Assembly (NCBI GenBank): GCA_964016885.1
Contig: OZ024740.1
Location: 178,684,001-178,748,000 of the forward strand
Source: Eledone cirrhosa
Taxonomy: Eukaryota
Length of the DNA stretch: 64,000 nucleotides
Direction of reading: 5' to 3'
Shown here: positions 1 to 14,053 of the stretch, one piece after another
Numbering within the stretch: position 1 is the stretch's first letter
Layout of the letters: every line of letters starts with the position of its first letter
Made by a program: the position numbers and the translations under genes
The notes under the pieces: model-generated
What the model was told of the DNA's origin: nothing
Databases searched by the model: none
Seen by the model: the letters and a program-made list of their open reading frames with translations, nothing else

Positions 1-3000
1 CCTTTCAGCAAATGTACTGGGGGGCAGCACTTCTCTCTCCACCCTCACCTTCCTTTCCAAGTGAAACTTGAAAAAGTTCATGAGGGATTGGCCGAAGAGA
101 AAAGTGTCTGTCTTCAGTCCTTTCTACCTCGTCCACCATACAACCTCTTTCGCTACTGCCACCAGACAGAGGAAAATTGCCTGACCTTCCTGGCCAAAAG
201 AAGGCGGTGGGTCGATCTTCACTATGGACTCGGCCGATAGCCGGATCCGTTCTACACGCGACAACAGCTCTTCAACATAACTCCACAAGTCAGTAATGCA
301 CGGACACTGGACGAGTGCGTGCAGAACGGTTTCGTCGCTCTGCGCGCATCTCGGGCAGGTCCGTCTGACAGCACTTCCGTGCCTGTAGAGATTATCTCGA
401 ACCGGCAGTGTCCCCCGGTAGCACTGCCAAGCGAGGGATTTTTGGAAATTATCCATCGTCCCCGGCTCGAAAGTCCTCCGGTACAGACTGGTTAGTTCGA
501 CTTCGTTGACTCCCAGAGCCTCTCCGAGTGCGTCGTCGCACTTGCCCATCACTAATCCTCTATAGAACTCGAGAGTGGAAGTTCCACTGACCGCATTGCC
601 CGCCTGGTAGAGGGCAGTAGTGCCTGGCAACATTCCAGATGCCAGTCACCCAGTCTCGGTCTCTTCTTGACCCAGGACTGCAACTCAGTCAAAGAAACGA
701 GCTGCGGAAAGGCCCGTCTGACAAACGGCGACCACACCTATTCACCGATTAGGCAGAATATCTGGAGATGCCGCAGCCTCAGCGCGTGCCTGCGCATCAT
801 TAGCCACGGCATGCCCAGCCCACCACGTAGAGGTTGCTGGCAGCAGATGGACCGCCTCACCAGCGGAACCTGACCCCTCCACAAGAATTTGAAGAGGAGC
901 CGCTCCAAGATGGCGAGGCGCGAACGTGGGCAAGGGACGACAGTCAGACGGTAGTAGATGACGGACGCGATGTACGTGTTCGCCACCTCCGCCCGACCTT
1001 TCAGTGACAGCTTCATCCCAGCCCATTTCTGGGTGAGACTGACTACCCTGCCCGTCACCTCGTCCCAATTCTTATCCACCTGTAGGTCTGGCCCGAACCA
1101 AACCCCTAGCAACTTTACCGGTCCGTCCGTCCAGCGCCTAACGACGCTGCTGGACGGCATGGACTTGCCTCTCCAGGTGCCGAGTTGCAAGCCTACTGAC
1201 TTTTCCGGGTTAAGTTTTGCTCCCGTCAACCATTCATATTCCTTCAATAAGTTGCCGACCACCTCGATTTCTGAGGTGTCCGACACCATCACGGTGATGT
1301 CGTCCGCATAAGCCGACACAGCCTTTCCGCGTCCCGATTCGAGTGGGATGCCCTGCAACAGCTCCAGCTTCCGCAGTAAAGGCTCGAGAGTCAATACGTA
1401 CAGAAGGGAGGAGAGAGGGCACCCTTGACGGACCGATCGGGAGACCTGAAACGGTTCCGAGAGGTGGCCATTAATTTTGACCATCGAGCAGGTGCCGCTG
1501 TGCATTGCAGCGATCCAGCTTCTGAAGACGGGACCGAAGCCAGCCGCCTTGAGGACAGCCTCCAGGTACCGATGGTCGACCCTATCGAATGCTTTCGATT
1601 GATCTAAATTGATCAGAGCCCCACCGAAGCGAGGTTTACACCCTACCCTCTCTATGATGTATCGCATTAGGTGGAGGTTGTCATGTATGGACCTGGTTGG
1701 GATTGCGCAAGTTGCGCCTCCCCAACCAAATCCCCGACGACAAGCGCCAACCTCTTCGCTAACACCTTGGCCAAAATCTTAAACTCTGTTTTGAGCAGAG
1801 TTATGGGCCTGAAATTGTCTAATGTGTCCCTCTTATTCTCGTCTTTCCTTATCAGCGTCACTAAGCCACGGCTCACAGAACTGGGAATACTCCCGTTTTG
1901 CTGCCAGTTGCAGTAGAGGGCTTCGAGGAGATTGGAGAACAAGTCTGACATATTTAGGGCAGACCATCCAAACCGGGTGACTTGCGCCTCATGCAGCCTA
2001 CAAGGGCATCCTGAGTCTCGGCTGAAGTAATTGGCCTTTCGCAGCGCCCAGTGACAGCCGTCGAGAGTTGCGGCAAGCCATCGAGGTAGGGACTGAAGTC
2101 CGCCACCATCTCTGAGCCGCCACTTCCCCGGAACAACCGAGCAAAATGTTGGCGAAAGGCCTCACACATCCTCTTGGAATCGCTCAGCTCGAGCCCGTCT
2201 CGGTCCGTCAAAGACCGAATCGTGGTTTTATTACCACGCTGCGCCTCTGCCACGCGGGCCCATCCAAAAGCTTTGGTTCCCTCGTTTCTCAGAGCACGCG
2301 CCTTAGCTCTGACAATGCAACCTTCGTGTTTCGCATTGAAGAAATGGTCTAATGCTATTCTCGCCGCTATCACACCAGTTGCAATGCCACTACGAATAGC
2401 CTCGTCTAACTTATCTATCAACTCCCCCTCCTTTCCATTTTTCTCTAACGCTATCGACATTACTCTAATCTCTCTTTTGAGAGCCCCCCTCCCATCATCT
2501 ATTGTTGACGACTCCCCCTGTCAACTTTTTCTTAACTAAATTGTTGACCTGGTCCCTGTAAGCCTTACGTGCCGGAAATGACATGTTTAGCTTCCAGTAA
2601 CCAGGTCCTAACCTACGCGTCTTATCTAGGTCGACCATACAGATCACAAACTTGTGATCTGAATAGGCGACTGTTTCAAAACCTGGAGAGCTTACACTAT
2701 TTCTGACTATTTTCCTAATGAATATCCTGTCTATATACGATCTAGATGACCCTATGCGGTTAGCTCAGGTCCACACTGGCGCATTAGGGAAATCTAGTCG
2801 GTACCTGTCAGACAGTTGGAACTGGCTAATCAGGTTCTTGAGGCTTTTGCACCCCCCGCTCCTATCGGATACTCCCACACAGTCCCAGCGTGCGTCTGAG
2901 ATGCCATTCCAGTCCCCCGCTAACAGTAAAGAGCGAGACGTGCCCAGAAAGGCTTCCGGGCGTCTAAAGAAGTCCGGCCGTCCTGCCCCAGTAGGAGCAT

Positions 3001-3334
3001 AGACCGCCACCAGTCTAAAGGCACCACCTTCGTTATTGTTCACGTCCAGGACCACCAACTTCCCGTCCGGGTCCTGGAAGATCGACCTTATCTCGTGATC
3101 CAAGCCTTTCCTAAACAGCACTGCCACACCGCCACCCATTCCCGGCCGGCTAACAGATGCAAAGATCTGATAGTCGTCGAAAATGGGGGCTACTGCGAGC
3201 GTGTCGGAAATCCTGGTCTCGCTGACGGCAATTACATCCATTTCTAGAGATCTGAGGTCATAGAGCAGGTGACGCTGTTTCCAGGACGATCCCAGGCCGC
3301 GAACATTTAAACATCCTACTCTTAATACGGCCAT
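1..3334 (-). pseudogene. ORF2 (AP endonuclease, reverse transcriptase, zinc finger), broken by frameshifts and stops
   Basis: Colinear ORF pieces 2765-3334, 1954-2460, 1667-1951, 738-1667, 552-737 and 124-633. Confidence 0.92.
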
Positions 3335-3366
3335 GTTGGCAGGTTAAAAAGAGAGAGAGGAAAGGT

Positions 3367-5334
3367 TTACTTACCTTCCGGGCTCTTGTGAAGGTCGGGT
3401 TGTTCGACCTCCACAGTTGGTGGGGTTTCTTTTGGGAACCCATTTAAAAGTCTTGAAGCTGGTTTTACGTTCGGGGTTCCCACGTCCCGAGGAAAGCTAC
3501 CCCGTATTTCTTTGTATAATTCGTTCGACATTCGCACCAGAACCAAATCTTCCGGCACGCGAAATGTGCTCGATTAAAAAATTTCCCCCTCCTTTTGTAT
3601 ATTTTCACTCCGTGCTACGAGGGCCATCAGTTCCTTGTCGGCCCTCCTGACGAGCACGAAGTTTTGTATGTTTTGCTGGTGTGATTTTATTTGTTTGCGT
3701 GGCTGTGGTGGTGATGGTTTTGGGGGTGTTGTTTCGGTTGTGTCTGTGTTTGTTGTGAGTGCGGTGTCTGTGGTTTCAGATGTCTATGTGTATATTTGTT
3801 CTTGCGTCTGTTTAGGTTGTTTGCGTTTGGGGTTTCTGGTGATGGTGATGGTGGTGTTGATGTTGGTGTTATTGGAGAGATGTTTGCGTGGGTGGTGTCT
3901 GCGTTTTTTATTGTGGGTGATTTTGTGCTTTGTTGAGGTTTTTTTTCTTTTTGTGTTTCCTTTTTTGTAATTTGGAGGATTTTGGTTTTACCTCATCTTC
4001 ACTACTGGTAGATGAGGGGTCTGTGTATGTAAGTGTGTCTGTATGTATGTTTTTGGTTTTATTGGTGTGTGTATTTTGGGGGACGAGGGGGTTATTTGAC
4101 AGCTTTCCTCGTTTCTCCCCTGAGTGGTCAATATTGGTGGTGGTCTTTCTATTGGTGTTGTTATTGGTGGTTTTGCCGTTGCTGGTGTTTGTTGTGGTCC
4201 TCGCCCCGGTGTCGGCATCAGTGGAGCCTTTCTACCCCTTGCCTCTTTCAGCAGTTGAGGGGAGAAGGCTCGCAAATGGGTGTTTTCCCCACAAACAAAA
4301 CACTGCGGCCTTTTGCCTTCGGTCATAATGTGAATGACCGTCCCATTCTGAAGGCGGATGTGGTCCGGGATTGTCTTCACATTCTCGGGCCTGATCTGGA
4401 GAAGGATCTCCAGGTAAACCCCGAATCAGGCCTCTCTGGCCGTTCTGGTCACTTCTATAGGGACGGTATCTGTCCCCTCCACAATCACACATCCCAGAAG
4501 CCACCACATGTCAAGTCCTGGTGGGATTCTGGGAATGCGGAGACGGACCGTTCTTTTTCCCATGTGGGAGGGGTATATTATGACCTTGCTGGTTTTGCAA
4601 GGAGTCATAGCGTGTTTCATAGCGAGGTCTTCTGACTTGAACAACACCGAAATGTTGCCGTACTGTCTGCCCCTCTCTATGTATTCGGTGTCTTCTCTGA
4701 TGCACCTCAGCGCGACTTCGACATCTTCTTGTGGGATTAAAGCTGCCCTTTTGGTTTGTGCTGAGATGCATCTATAATGCACCGTTCTGCGCTTCACTGC
4801 CTCATTAGCTTCTACCGGGACAGTTGAGTTGGCCCAGGTTTGCTCTTGCTTGATGAGCTGCCATGCCTGGGCCAACTTTTCATCTTTGTTTGAGAGGTCC
4901 ATGTTGATGCATGGCCTATTTTTTGCTGCTGCCGCAGTGAAACTGCTGTTCTTCTTGTTTTCGTTGGGGGTGTTGTTGTCGTTGTCGTTGTTATCATTGT
5001 TGTCTTTGTTGTCACCGTTGTTCTCGGTGCAGTTGGTATTGTTGCTGTTAGTGTTGTCGCTATTTGTTTTCATGTTAGTGGTGTTGATATTGTTTTTGCA
5101 TTTGTTATTTTTTATTTTGTTATCTGTATTTTCGTTGTCGCTGTTCCTGTCATTTTTTTCAAAATTAGTGTTCTTATTGGTATCATTGGTGTCTTTGTTT
5201 ACCTTGTTTGTAGTGGTGTTTGTGTTATCAATGTGTGTTAATTTCGCTGTAGTGCTCCTCTCAACTTCTACGTCGTTGTCGCACGACAGCAGACTTATCG
5301 CTGGGGGGGGGGGGGGGGGGGGGGGCTCAGCCAT
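3367..5334 (-). pseudogene. ORF1 (Asn/Thr-rich N-terminus, RRM-like region, degenerate zinc knuckle)
   Basis: Pieces 4426-5334, 3988-4380 (CFVCGENTH) and 3367-3558. The C-terminus DLHKSPxGK* is shared with the copy ending at 25452. Confidence 0.8.
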
Positions 5335-5547
5335 GTTTTTTTCTCCGTAAATTTTTTAACATGTAAAAAAAGTTCAAATATTTTGGCCAAAAGGCCCAAA
5401 TATTATACTTTCCCCTTCACAGGGCAAAGTCTAACGGCTTATATCCCTTACACAACAAGAAATATTTAACAACAAATAATTTTAACAAACAAATAAAGCG
5501 ACTTACTGGGAGCGAGCCAAAAAGACGTCCGAACGGACCATAATCAT

Positions 5548-5550
5548 AAT

Positions 5551-5600
<50 letters not shown>
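5548..5600. repeat. (AAT)n microsatellite between head-to-head Tx1 and Dong elements
   Basis: Read directly. Confidence 0.97.
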
Positions 5601-5601
<1 letters not shown>

Positions 5602-8028
5602 CCGCATGTTTGACAACAACCAGAAGATGTTGTTTGGACAGCTTGAAGGGAAAGAAAGAGGAAACGACTTGATCCCTGAGGCGGAACAAACTAAGACATT
5701 CCCGAGAGGAATATGGGAGCAGGGTGTTGAACATAATGATCAGGCAGTGTGGATTGAGACAGTACAAAAGGAGATTAGTGAACAGGCACACCAACAAACT
5801 GATTTGAGTATCACAGTTGAAACTCTTAAGGGGCAGGCCAGAAACCTAAACAACTGGAAATCAACAGGCCCAGATGGTGTGCAGGGGTATTGGATTAAAA
5901 ATATAACACCCCTCCACCCGAAACTGACAACCATGTTCAATGAAAGACCGAACCAAGGGTAATGATGTTACCAACTATAGACCTATCACATGTCTATGTC
6001 TGTCCGTAATGTGGAAACTGTTAACAAGCATTGTGTCTGAGGAAATCTATCATCACCTCCACATAAACAACTTGTTACCGGACGAACAGAAAGGATGCCG
6101 AAAGAAGTCCCGTGGAACAAAGGACCAGTTACTTATTGTTAAGATGGTAATGAGGAATTGCAAGAGGAGACACACTGGTCTTGCCATGGGATGGATAGAC
6201 TACAAAAAGGCATTCGACATGGTACCTCATTCTTGGATAACCAAAAGCCTACAGATCTTCAGGGTGGCAGATAACATCAGACAGTTGTTGGGCAAAAGTA
6301 TGAAGTCCTGTAAAACAGAGTTAACATCGGGCGGAGAATCCTTGGGAGGCGTGAGGATCAAGAGAGGTATCTTCCAGGGAGATAGTTTGTCCCCTCTGTT
6401 GTTTGTCATTGCCCTAATCCCCTGACCATTATACTGCGAAAAGTGAGAGCAGGGTACAAATTGGGAAAGGGAGAGCTTACGATCAATCACCTAATCTTCA
6501 TGGACGCACTTAAACTCTTCGGGAAGAGTGAGAGGGAGTTGGATGTGCTTGTTGACACTGTCCCTATTTTCAGCAATGATATATGTATGCAATTTGTTAT
6601 TAGTAAGTGTGGATTCCTTCTAATGAAGAGGGGTAAATTGAGCAGAAGCAACAGAATCCAGGTACCAACAGGTGAGATGATAAAGGAAATTGATGCTGAA
6701 GAGGGATACACATATCTAGGTGTTCTGGAAGCTGATGACATCAAGAACAAAAATAAATGAAGGAATTGATAAGATCTGAATACATTCGGAGAGTAAGGAG
6801 CGTACTACAGTCACATCTGAACAGTAGGAATGCCATAAGTGCAGTAAATTCCCGAGCTGTGTCTATTATTAGGTACAGTGCGGGAATTCTGAGATGGAAT
6901 GTTGCTGAACAAAAAGAAATGGATAGGAAGACTAGGAAGCTAGTGACTTTCTACAACATGATCCACAAAAGAAGTGATGTCGATAGACTCTACTTAAGGA
7001 GATCTGAAGGTGGAAGAGGTCTTATCAGCATAGAGGACTTATCAGCATAGAGAAAAACAACCTACACAAATACGTGACTAATACTAGGGAGCCAATGCTC
7101 AGAATTGTACAGAAGGAGAGGACAATAGACCAGGGGATGCCCAAGGAAGAAATAACAAGAAGAAGAAAGAGCAACCTTCATGAAAAATCCCTTCATAGTG
7201 CCTTCTTTGAGAAAACTGAATTTAGAGATCCACAGACATGGAACTGGTTGAAAAGAGGAGACCTTAAAAAGGCTACAGAAGGAATGCTAATGGCTGTGCA
7301 AGAGCAGGCCCTCAAAACGAAGTGGCTGAAACACCATATTTACAAGGAGGAGGTTAGCCCACTGTGTAGGATCTGTGGAGAGAGAGGATACTGTGGCTCA
7401 CATTGTATCCGAGTGTAAACACCTAGCCCAGACTCACTATAAAGGCTGGAGCCATGATGTGATGAGCAGGGTGATCCACTGGCACCTATGCAAAGTAAAC
7501 AATTTACCACATTCTGAGAAGTGGTATGAGCATAAGCCAGAGTCGGTGATGGAAAACGATCAGGTGAAGGTGCTGTGGGATTTTAGAATACAGACGGACA
7601 AGAAACTTGAACACAATAGACCTGACCTGGTGGTTTTGGACAAGGGAAAAAGATCGTGCCTGATTGTGGATGTGGCCTGCCCATTTGACACGAGAGTGCA
7701 AGAGAAGGAGAGAGAAAATTAACCGATACCAGGACTTAAAAATGGGAGGTAAATAGGATTTGGAACTGCCATTAGGTCAAAGTGGTCTCGATTGTCATAG
7801 GCGCACTAGGTACTATCTCAAAGAGTTTCCAAGGATGGTTAAAGAAAATTGGTCCCGCCCCGCATTTTGGAACACTTCAAAAGGCATGCTTGCTGGGAAC
7901 AGCAAGAACCCTCCGATACGTCCTGAATATCTGAGGCTGCAGGTAGTGGCTTGATATTCATTTCAACAAACCTTCCAGTTAAATAACATCAATGACTGAG
8001 ACTCAAAGAACAATAATAATAATAATAA
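5601..8028 (+). mobile_element. R4/Dong-type RLE non-LTR retrotransposon, 5'-truncated, degraded
   Basis: RT motifs [29 protein letters not shown](D/A)LK. CCHC CRICGE..HIVSEC and RPD..D nuclease. Ends in an (AAT)n tail. Confidence 0.9.
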
Positions 8029-9125
8029 CCTTCCTAGAACTCAATGAGGCGGTGGCCTGACTCAATTTGAACTTCCTTACAAGACCACCATCATTGGACT
8101 GGCCAAATATCTTGAAACAACTAACGACTGTATTCTGAAACTTGTTGAAAAGCATGAGAGAAGTAAGAAGATTCATTCCGTCTTGAAGAAGAGCTAAAAA
8201 TATGCTACTGATCTCATGCGTGATACCCAGGCTGGACAGACTAAAGAAACTGTTGCAACTGATGCTGCTAGGCACATAAAATCCCTGACAAAAGCAAAAG
8301 GGCAAGGACAATTAGGAGCAGAAACCTCTGCATGGCAGATATGTGGCCCGTAGCAAACAAGCTGATGTTGACCAAAAGCACACCCATCAGTGGCTACGTA
8401 GTTCAGAGCTAAAGCCGGAGAGTGAAGGCTTCATCTTGGCTGCCCAATATCAAAGCTTATTGACTCGTAATTACCAGACCAATGTGATGAGAAGCGGAAT
8501 AAACCCAAAGTGCCGATTCTGCAATGCTGAGGTTGTAATAGTGGATCACTTAGTCTCTCGATGTAAAGTTTTAGCATCAGTAGAATACAAATATAGACAT
8601 GACAGAGTTGGCCAATATCTGGGTAATATGTCAGCATTACAAAATCAAAGCTGAAGACAAGTGGTACAATCATCACCCTGAGGCTGTAACTGAAGGCGAA
8701 AAAGTAACAATTCTCTGGGACTTTCCTGTACATACTGACAGGACCATAAAAGCAAATAGACCTGACATCATTGTAAAAGATCAACATAACAAGGTCTGTT
8801 TAGTGATAGAGATGAGCATCCCATGTGATCACAATATCGCGGCAAAAGAATTTGACAAGCTACGAAAATATAAAGATCTGCTTATTGAAATTGAGAATAT
8901 GTGGCACCTCAAGGCCGTTACAATACCAGTGATTGTGGGAGGACTGGGAATGATCAAGAAAGGAACAGAACAATGTTTCGGATGATTCCTGGGTTACCCT
9001 CTCTGCACGAGGTGCAAAAAATTGTTTTGACTGTTACTGCACACGTCTTGAGAAGAGCACTATCTCTGTAAGATTGATATCCCTTCTTGTATTTACATAT
9101 GCATATGCACATGTGTATATACTGT

Positions 9126-9158
<33 letters not shown>

Positions 9159-9298
9159 TTTTAATTATAATCAATGTGCTGTATTAACTAGCTTACCAAT
9201 GCACACTGTGAATTTATTTGCCCTAGGTGTCAGGAAAGCACTCGGCATATATCTCAGAAACAATAATGAAAGAAAGTAAAAATGGTAATAATAATAAT
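8029..9298 (+). mobile_element. 3' part of a second R4/Dong-type family
   Basis: CRFC..HLVSRC knuckle, ILWDFPVHTDRTIKANRPDIIV..K..KY nuclease. Starts in the AAT tail of the previous copy and ends gtaataataataat. Confidence 0.85.
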
Positions 9299-9704
9299 TT
9301 CTCGTATTAAATTTATTGATTTTTTAAATAATAATAATAATATTGAGGATTGTGGGGTTGATGATAAGATTATTATAATTTTTTTTAAAATTTGGTATAT
9401 ATATACATATCAAGAATTAATTGGGGCGTATATTATTCTCAAGTGTATTGAGTACAGGCATAATTCCTCAAACACTGACAGCTAAATTACACTGTACTGT
9501 CATCGTAGGAATTTTCGTTACTTCTACCGATACTTCGTTAATATCTCAAAAGAAAGAAAAAAATAGAAGATACTTAGATACACATACATAGATACACATG
9601 ATTATATGCATGCACACATACATAAATATATGCATAAATGAACGAGTATCTCTCTACATAAATTTCAGAAATCGATTTCTCTTTATAAAGACACGCGTAT
9701 AATT

Positions 9705-9787
9705 ATGTATGTATGTATGTATGTATGTATGTATGTATGTATGTATGTATGTATGTATGTATGTATGTATGTATGTATGTATGTATG
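9705..9787. repeat. (TATG)n microsatellite
   Basis: Read directly. Confidence 0.97.
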
Positions 9788-11509
9788 TTTTTATGTATGT
9801 ATATATGAAAGTATGTATGCATGTATGTTTAAATATATGTATGTACATGTGTATTTATTAATTCGGTTGATTTCTTCTGGCGTTACTTCAAATTTAATAT
9901 TAAGCTAGTGGACCAGTGCCTCCAATAACGACGGTGATATTGCTGAACACATTTACGTTTGGGTGTCCAGCATTGGTACACCATATATTCCAAGATTTCA
10001 GGATATATGAACAATCGATCGTACAAACTTGGAAATTTGCGTTCTGATAATATAAATGTTATCCACTATATTTACAACGTAGATTCAATTAAATCTGGTC
10101 AAGTGATCACTAACATTTTTTTTTGTTATTGGAACATCGAACATATTCTTATTGTTTATCAACAGTTCATCTATGATCAAACAGAATTAAATGAATGAAG
10201 AAAAAACAGTCCATGCGTATTCAAACCCATTCAAGGCCTATTGACGAGTAATATCCTTGCTCCTTTTTAGAAGGTAGGGTAAGATTGTTCAGGACATTAG
10301 ACTGTACCGGCAAGTACCGGCCACACAAAAAAAGAAAAGAAGACATCTTCACTATATTGTCAAGTATGGTCTTATTCTACTACTGACAAGTTTTATTTGT
10401 TGTATTTTTTGCAGCTGTCTTTTTGACCTTTTATAGAATTTTCTGCAGCAGACGTAGCATATTGCATTCTTATCATAAGTTCTGATATTTTGTTAACGTT
10501 ATCTCAGTTCCTTTGGGCGTTTGAATTTAATTCATCTAATTCAGGAGAAGAAAAAGATATATACTAAGTCCTGAATCAAATTCTGAATATTGTTTTGTAG
10601 CCAGCAAGTTTGATATAGGCATGACATATTACTCAGCACCATTATGTTATGATCTTAGAGAATGTATCTTATATAGTAGCTATTTTATTACATTACATTA
10701 TTATTTTTTGTTGTTGCATAGCTTGATCTTTATGAATTATATATTTGACAGCAATGGCTTTCATGTGATATAGTTTTCTGCGTGTACAATTGCAGTTCAA
10801 AATCTTTAGCAATATTTTTATTCCAATACAGGCAATCCTTTAGATGAATAGTTGATGGTTACTACGACACAGTTGTTGTATAACTCCAAACATTTCGGAC
10901 GTATATCTACGTTTGTCTGACTGTCGTAACTACATTGCTGATATCTAAATCCGGTGCTACGTTGTCAATTTGTCCCATTCATTATTCAACACTCTAAGAT
11001 GTGTTAATTCAGACATATTCGACAGGTTATCTGGCTACCGTAATAACATTGCACAAGTGTGTATCAGGTACTACATTGTGCATTTGTCTGGTTCAGTCTT
11101 AATATAGTAGGGGGCATTATTAGCGATTATCATCTGCTACTTTTGTAATGGCTAACTTGTTGATAACATCAATGATCTGATAAATGCGATTCACTATATG
11201 TTGAATTCATTACCTAATGAAAATCGTGTACTTCCAAATATTATTCCTGTGAGAAATGCGTTGAAAGGAAAAGTGTGTTATAAATACACGAACACACACA
11301 CACAAACACACACACGCATACACACACCTATCTGTTTCCGTGTGGTCATGCCTGTGTTTATGCACCCAACGGCTTGAAAAACGTTTAGTTGTACCCTGAA
11401 ATGATGTAACTTAGCGGGTGGGCATATTGAGAACAGTAAAAACCATTTCATAAATACATCTCCACTGTATGATGCTTTAGCATGGTCTCACTCGAATGAT
11501 GACAGAACA

Positions 11510-11945
11510 TTCATTTCATTCATTCAGCTCTACCACTCTCTGTGCAGCATAGGCCAATAACGACCCTCCACTAACGTATATGTTATTGGCTACTCTCGCC
11601 AATTCAGTTGACTTCCACTTTTCTTAATTCAACCCCAGTGTTACGTCTACAGCTGCAGCGAGGTCGGCCTTTTTCCCGCTGATCCTGCGGGTTCGAGGTC
11701 AGGGCTTGGCGTGTGGTGTTGGATGCTGGTTTCCTGAGATTTCGTCCAATCCAGCTCCACCTAACTTTGCAGAATCTGTTTTGCTACTGGTTCCTGTCCC
11801 GCTCGCTCCCACAGAACTTTGTTTTTCATTTCCCCCGGCCATTTCATGTTGTAGTTGTGCCTCAGATAGGTTTGAAGAATGTCTGGATCTTCTGCTACGT
11901 CTACGTTATTGTCTTCCAAGTTTCATATCTATATAGCAGTACCGC
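11510..11945 (-). mobile_element. RTE-clade LINE 3' fragment
   Basis: Minus translation WSWIGRNLRKPASNTTRQALTSNPQDQREKGRP resembles the RTE C-terminus. Short (TGAA)n tail. Confidence 0.75.
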
Positions 11946-12008
11946 CTTATATATATATACTAGAGTAAAGCATGCCCAGAGAATTATTTGATAATATATA
12001 TACATCAT

Positions 12009-12071
12009 GCAGGGCGGTGCCCCAGCATGGCCTCAGCCGGATGGCTGAAACAGGTAAAAGAGTAAAAGAGT
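12009..12071 (+). mobile_element. Short retroposon/SINE 3' fragment with atcat target duplication
   Basis: Absent from the opposite arm of the inverted repeat. gtaaaagagtaaaagag tail. Second copy at 39061-39121 (-). Confidence 0.8.
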
Positions 12072-12329
12072 ATCATCTCTACTCGCAATCAGCATAATTA
12101 ACCCCACAAAAAAAATCAATTAGACCAGGCTATAAGAATTAAAGGCATCTATGAAGAAACAGTAAATAGATACACCATCGCGGCGTCTTCGCGTGCAACC
12201 GCTATAGAACATCTACCCAACGTTTCGATAGCACGTGGAAATTAATTAAATACACGGTCAACCATACATAATAAGGTAAAAATTAATGTTAGAAATGCTT
12301 GTATACATACCAGGATTAAATCACTAAAT

Positions 12330-12404
12330 CCCGACCCATGGGTTTCGCTCTCTTTTGAGATACCTTATTTAAGGTTCATACTCGGGTTTAGAGCTCTTCA
12401 GGGG
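12330..12404 (-). ncRNA. Type I hammerhead ribozyme (intact core)
   Basis: CCC-CUGAAGA-GCUCU...AGAGC-GAAA-CCCAUGG-GUC^GGG. Stem III ACCCAUGGGU is palindromic. Confidence 0.85.
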
Positions 12405-13070
12405 GTAAATTCGCTAGACATATTATTTTCCGAAGTGGTCCCCGCCAAACACTAATTCAAAATGGTTGAGAACTGTGACGTGGCAGTGGTCAAGTCAGGA
12501 AGGGTGTGATTGGTTGCTTACGGCGATTGGGTTGGTTGCTAGAAAGCGCAGCCCAATATCGCCCAAATTTTTATCTCAACCTTATGGGAGATTATTAAAT
12601 ATAAATATTTACACATACACCAATTAAACAGTTACAGGTATATATGTGTTTTTGCAACCTTTGTCGGGATTTAGTGATTTAATCCTGGTATGTATATAAG
12701 CATTTCTAACATTAATTTTTACCTAATTATGTATGGTTGACCGTGTATTTAATTAATTTCCACATGCTGTCGAAACGTTGGGTAGATGCTCTATAGCGGT
12801 TGCACGCGAAGACGCCGCGGTGGTGTATCTATTTACTGTTTCTTCATAGATGCCTTTAATTCTTATAGCCTGGTCTAATTAATTTTTTGTGTGGTTAATT
12901 GTGCTGATTAGGAGTAGAGATGATGTATATATATTATCAAATAGTTCTCTGGACATCCTTTACTCTAGTATTTCGCTCTGATTAATTTATTAATTCTCCA
13001 TTGAGCCACAACGTGAAAAGTTGCAAAACCACATATATACCTGTAACTGTTTAATTGGTGTATATGTAAA

Positions 13071-13102
<32 letters not shown>

Positions 13103-13384
13103 CATAAACATTTACATATGTATGTAAGATCTCGTAAATCCCTAGGGAGTCTTAGAGGCACTATATATATAACGCGTCTCTAGGGCACTATATAACCTGG
13201 CGGAACCCATCTCACCTCCGGGCCTGAATACAGTAGATTTCTTCCAGGTAAGGATAGAGGGTGGTAAAAAGGAAGTAAGAAAGAGATATAACAGAAGGAT
13301 CGATTCCGGTACTATATTGGTAATTCTTTTATCGACCTTTATTGAATGAAAGTACACCTCACGTGAGCAGGGAATCCTTCTCGT

Positions 13385-13700
13385 ATGAGCGATAACAGAC
13401 TTCCTAATCAGTTATTTGGGGGACAGTTTCCGACAGACAGGTCAGTTGGAAGACAGCTGTTGCACTTTAAAGAAGAACTCAAAGATAATCTGAAACGATG
13501 GGACATTTCCTTCTCTTTGTGGGAGAAGAAAGGATCAGAACACAAGAGCGGGTGCCAGTGTTACTTCTCCATTCAAAGATTTGAGCGGGGCAGACTTGAA
13601 CCTTGTAACCAAATATCAAGACGTGCTGACAGCATGCTGCTCCTCAAAATGACAACCATACTTGCCACTGTGGTTTTATCGCACGGAGCAAAGTCGACTT
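13385..13700 (+). mobile_element. RTE/BovB-like LINE 3' fragment
   Basis: MSDNRLPNQLFGGQF..RSVGRQLLHFKEELKDNLK resembles the RTE RLPKQLFYGEL motif. Confidence 0.7.
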
Positions 13701-13768
13701 TGCATTCCACTCGAGGAAGCATGTGTCCACAGACTCTCGGGAGAATGAGTCTGTGACATGCTCCATCT

Positions 13769-13963
13769 ATCATGTTTAATATAGATATTACTTCTACAGG
13801 ACCAGAACTATTTCATTCAAAAGGAATCATCAGGAAAGTCCTAATGATTCCATTTGAATGATACAGCTTTAGTTCTGTAGAAGTCATTTATATATTAAAC
13901 ATGATCTTTACACTACTAATGTATTGAGTACCTTACTGTTGTTACCTCCGATTGAACTCGCAA
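13769..13963. mobile_element. Fold-back element family C, copy 1, with head-to-head hammerhead-like cores
   Basis: Imperfect palindrome 13769-13905. CUGAUGA-UUCCUUUUGAAU-GAAA..GUC on minus at 13800-13833. Homologous to 48080-48272. Confidence 0.7.
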
Positions 13964-13972
13964 CTCACACAC

Positions 13973-13981
<9 letters not shown>

Positions 13982-14053
<72 letters not shown>

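Larger units (their letters stand above)
1..5545 (-). mobile_element. L1/Tx1-type LINE copy 1 (5' end present, 3' end runs off window)
   Basis: ORF1 and ORF2 in tandem on minus. APE motifs GCLNVRGL/SET/LAGDWN, RT motifs QGCPLS/YADD, C-terminal CPRC..ETVLHALVQC. The 5' end abuts (AAT)n at about 5550-5600. Confidence 0.93.
11958..13080. mobile_element. Non-coding hammerhead element family A, copy 1 (680 nt permuted monomer, head-to-head inverted)
   Basis: 11958-12335 is the reverse complement of 12663-12970, and 12595-12662 of 13016-13078. TA runs flank both sides. Homologous to 47077-48062. Confidence 0.85.

Noticed and set aside
10250-11260. Possible ancient LINE endonuclease remnant on minus
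   Set aside because: Only vague motif similarity by eye, not supportable.
11958-12970. A-to-G bias between arms as a record of edited RNA templates
   Set aside because: The few differences inspected were mixed transitions and transversions, with no bias evident.
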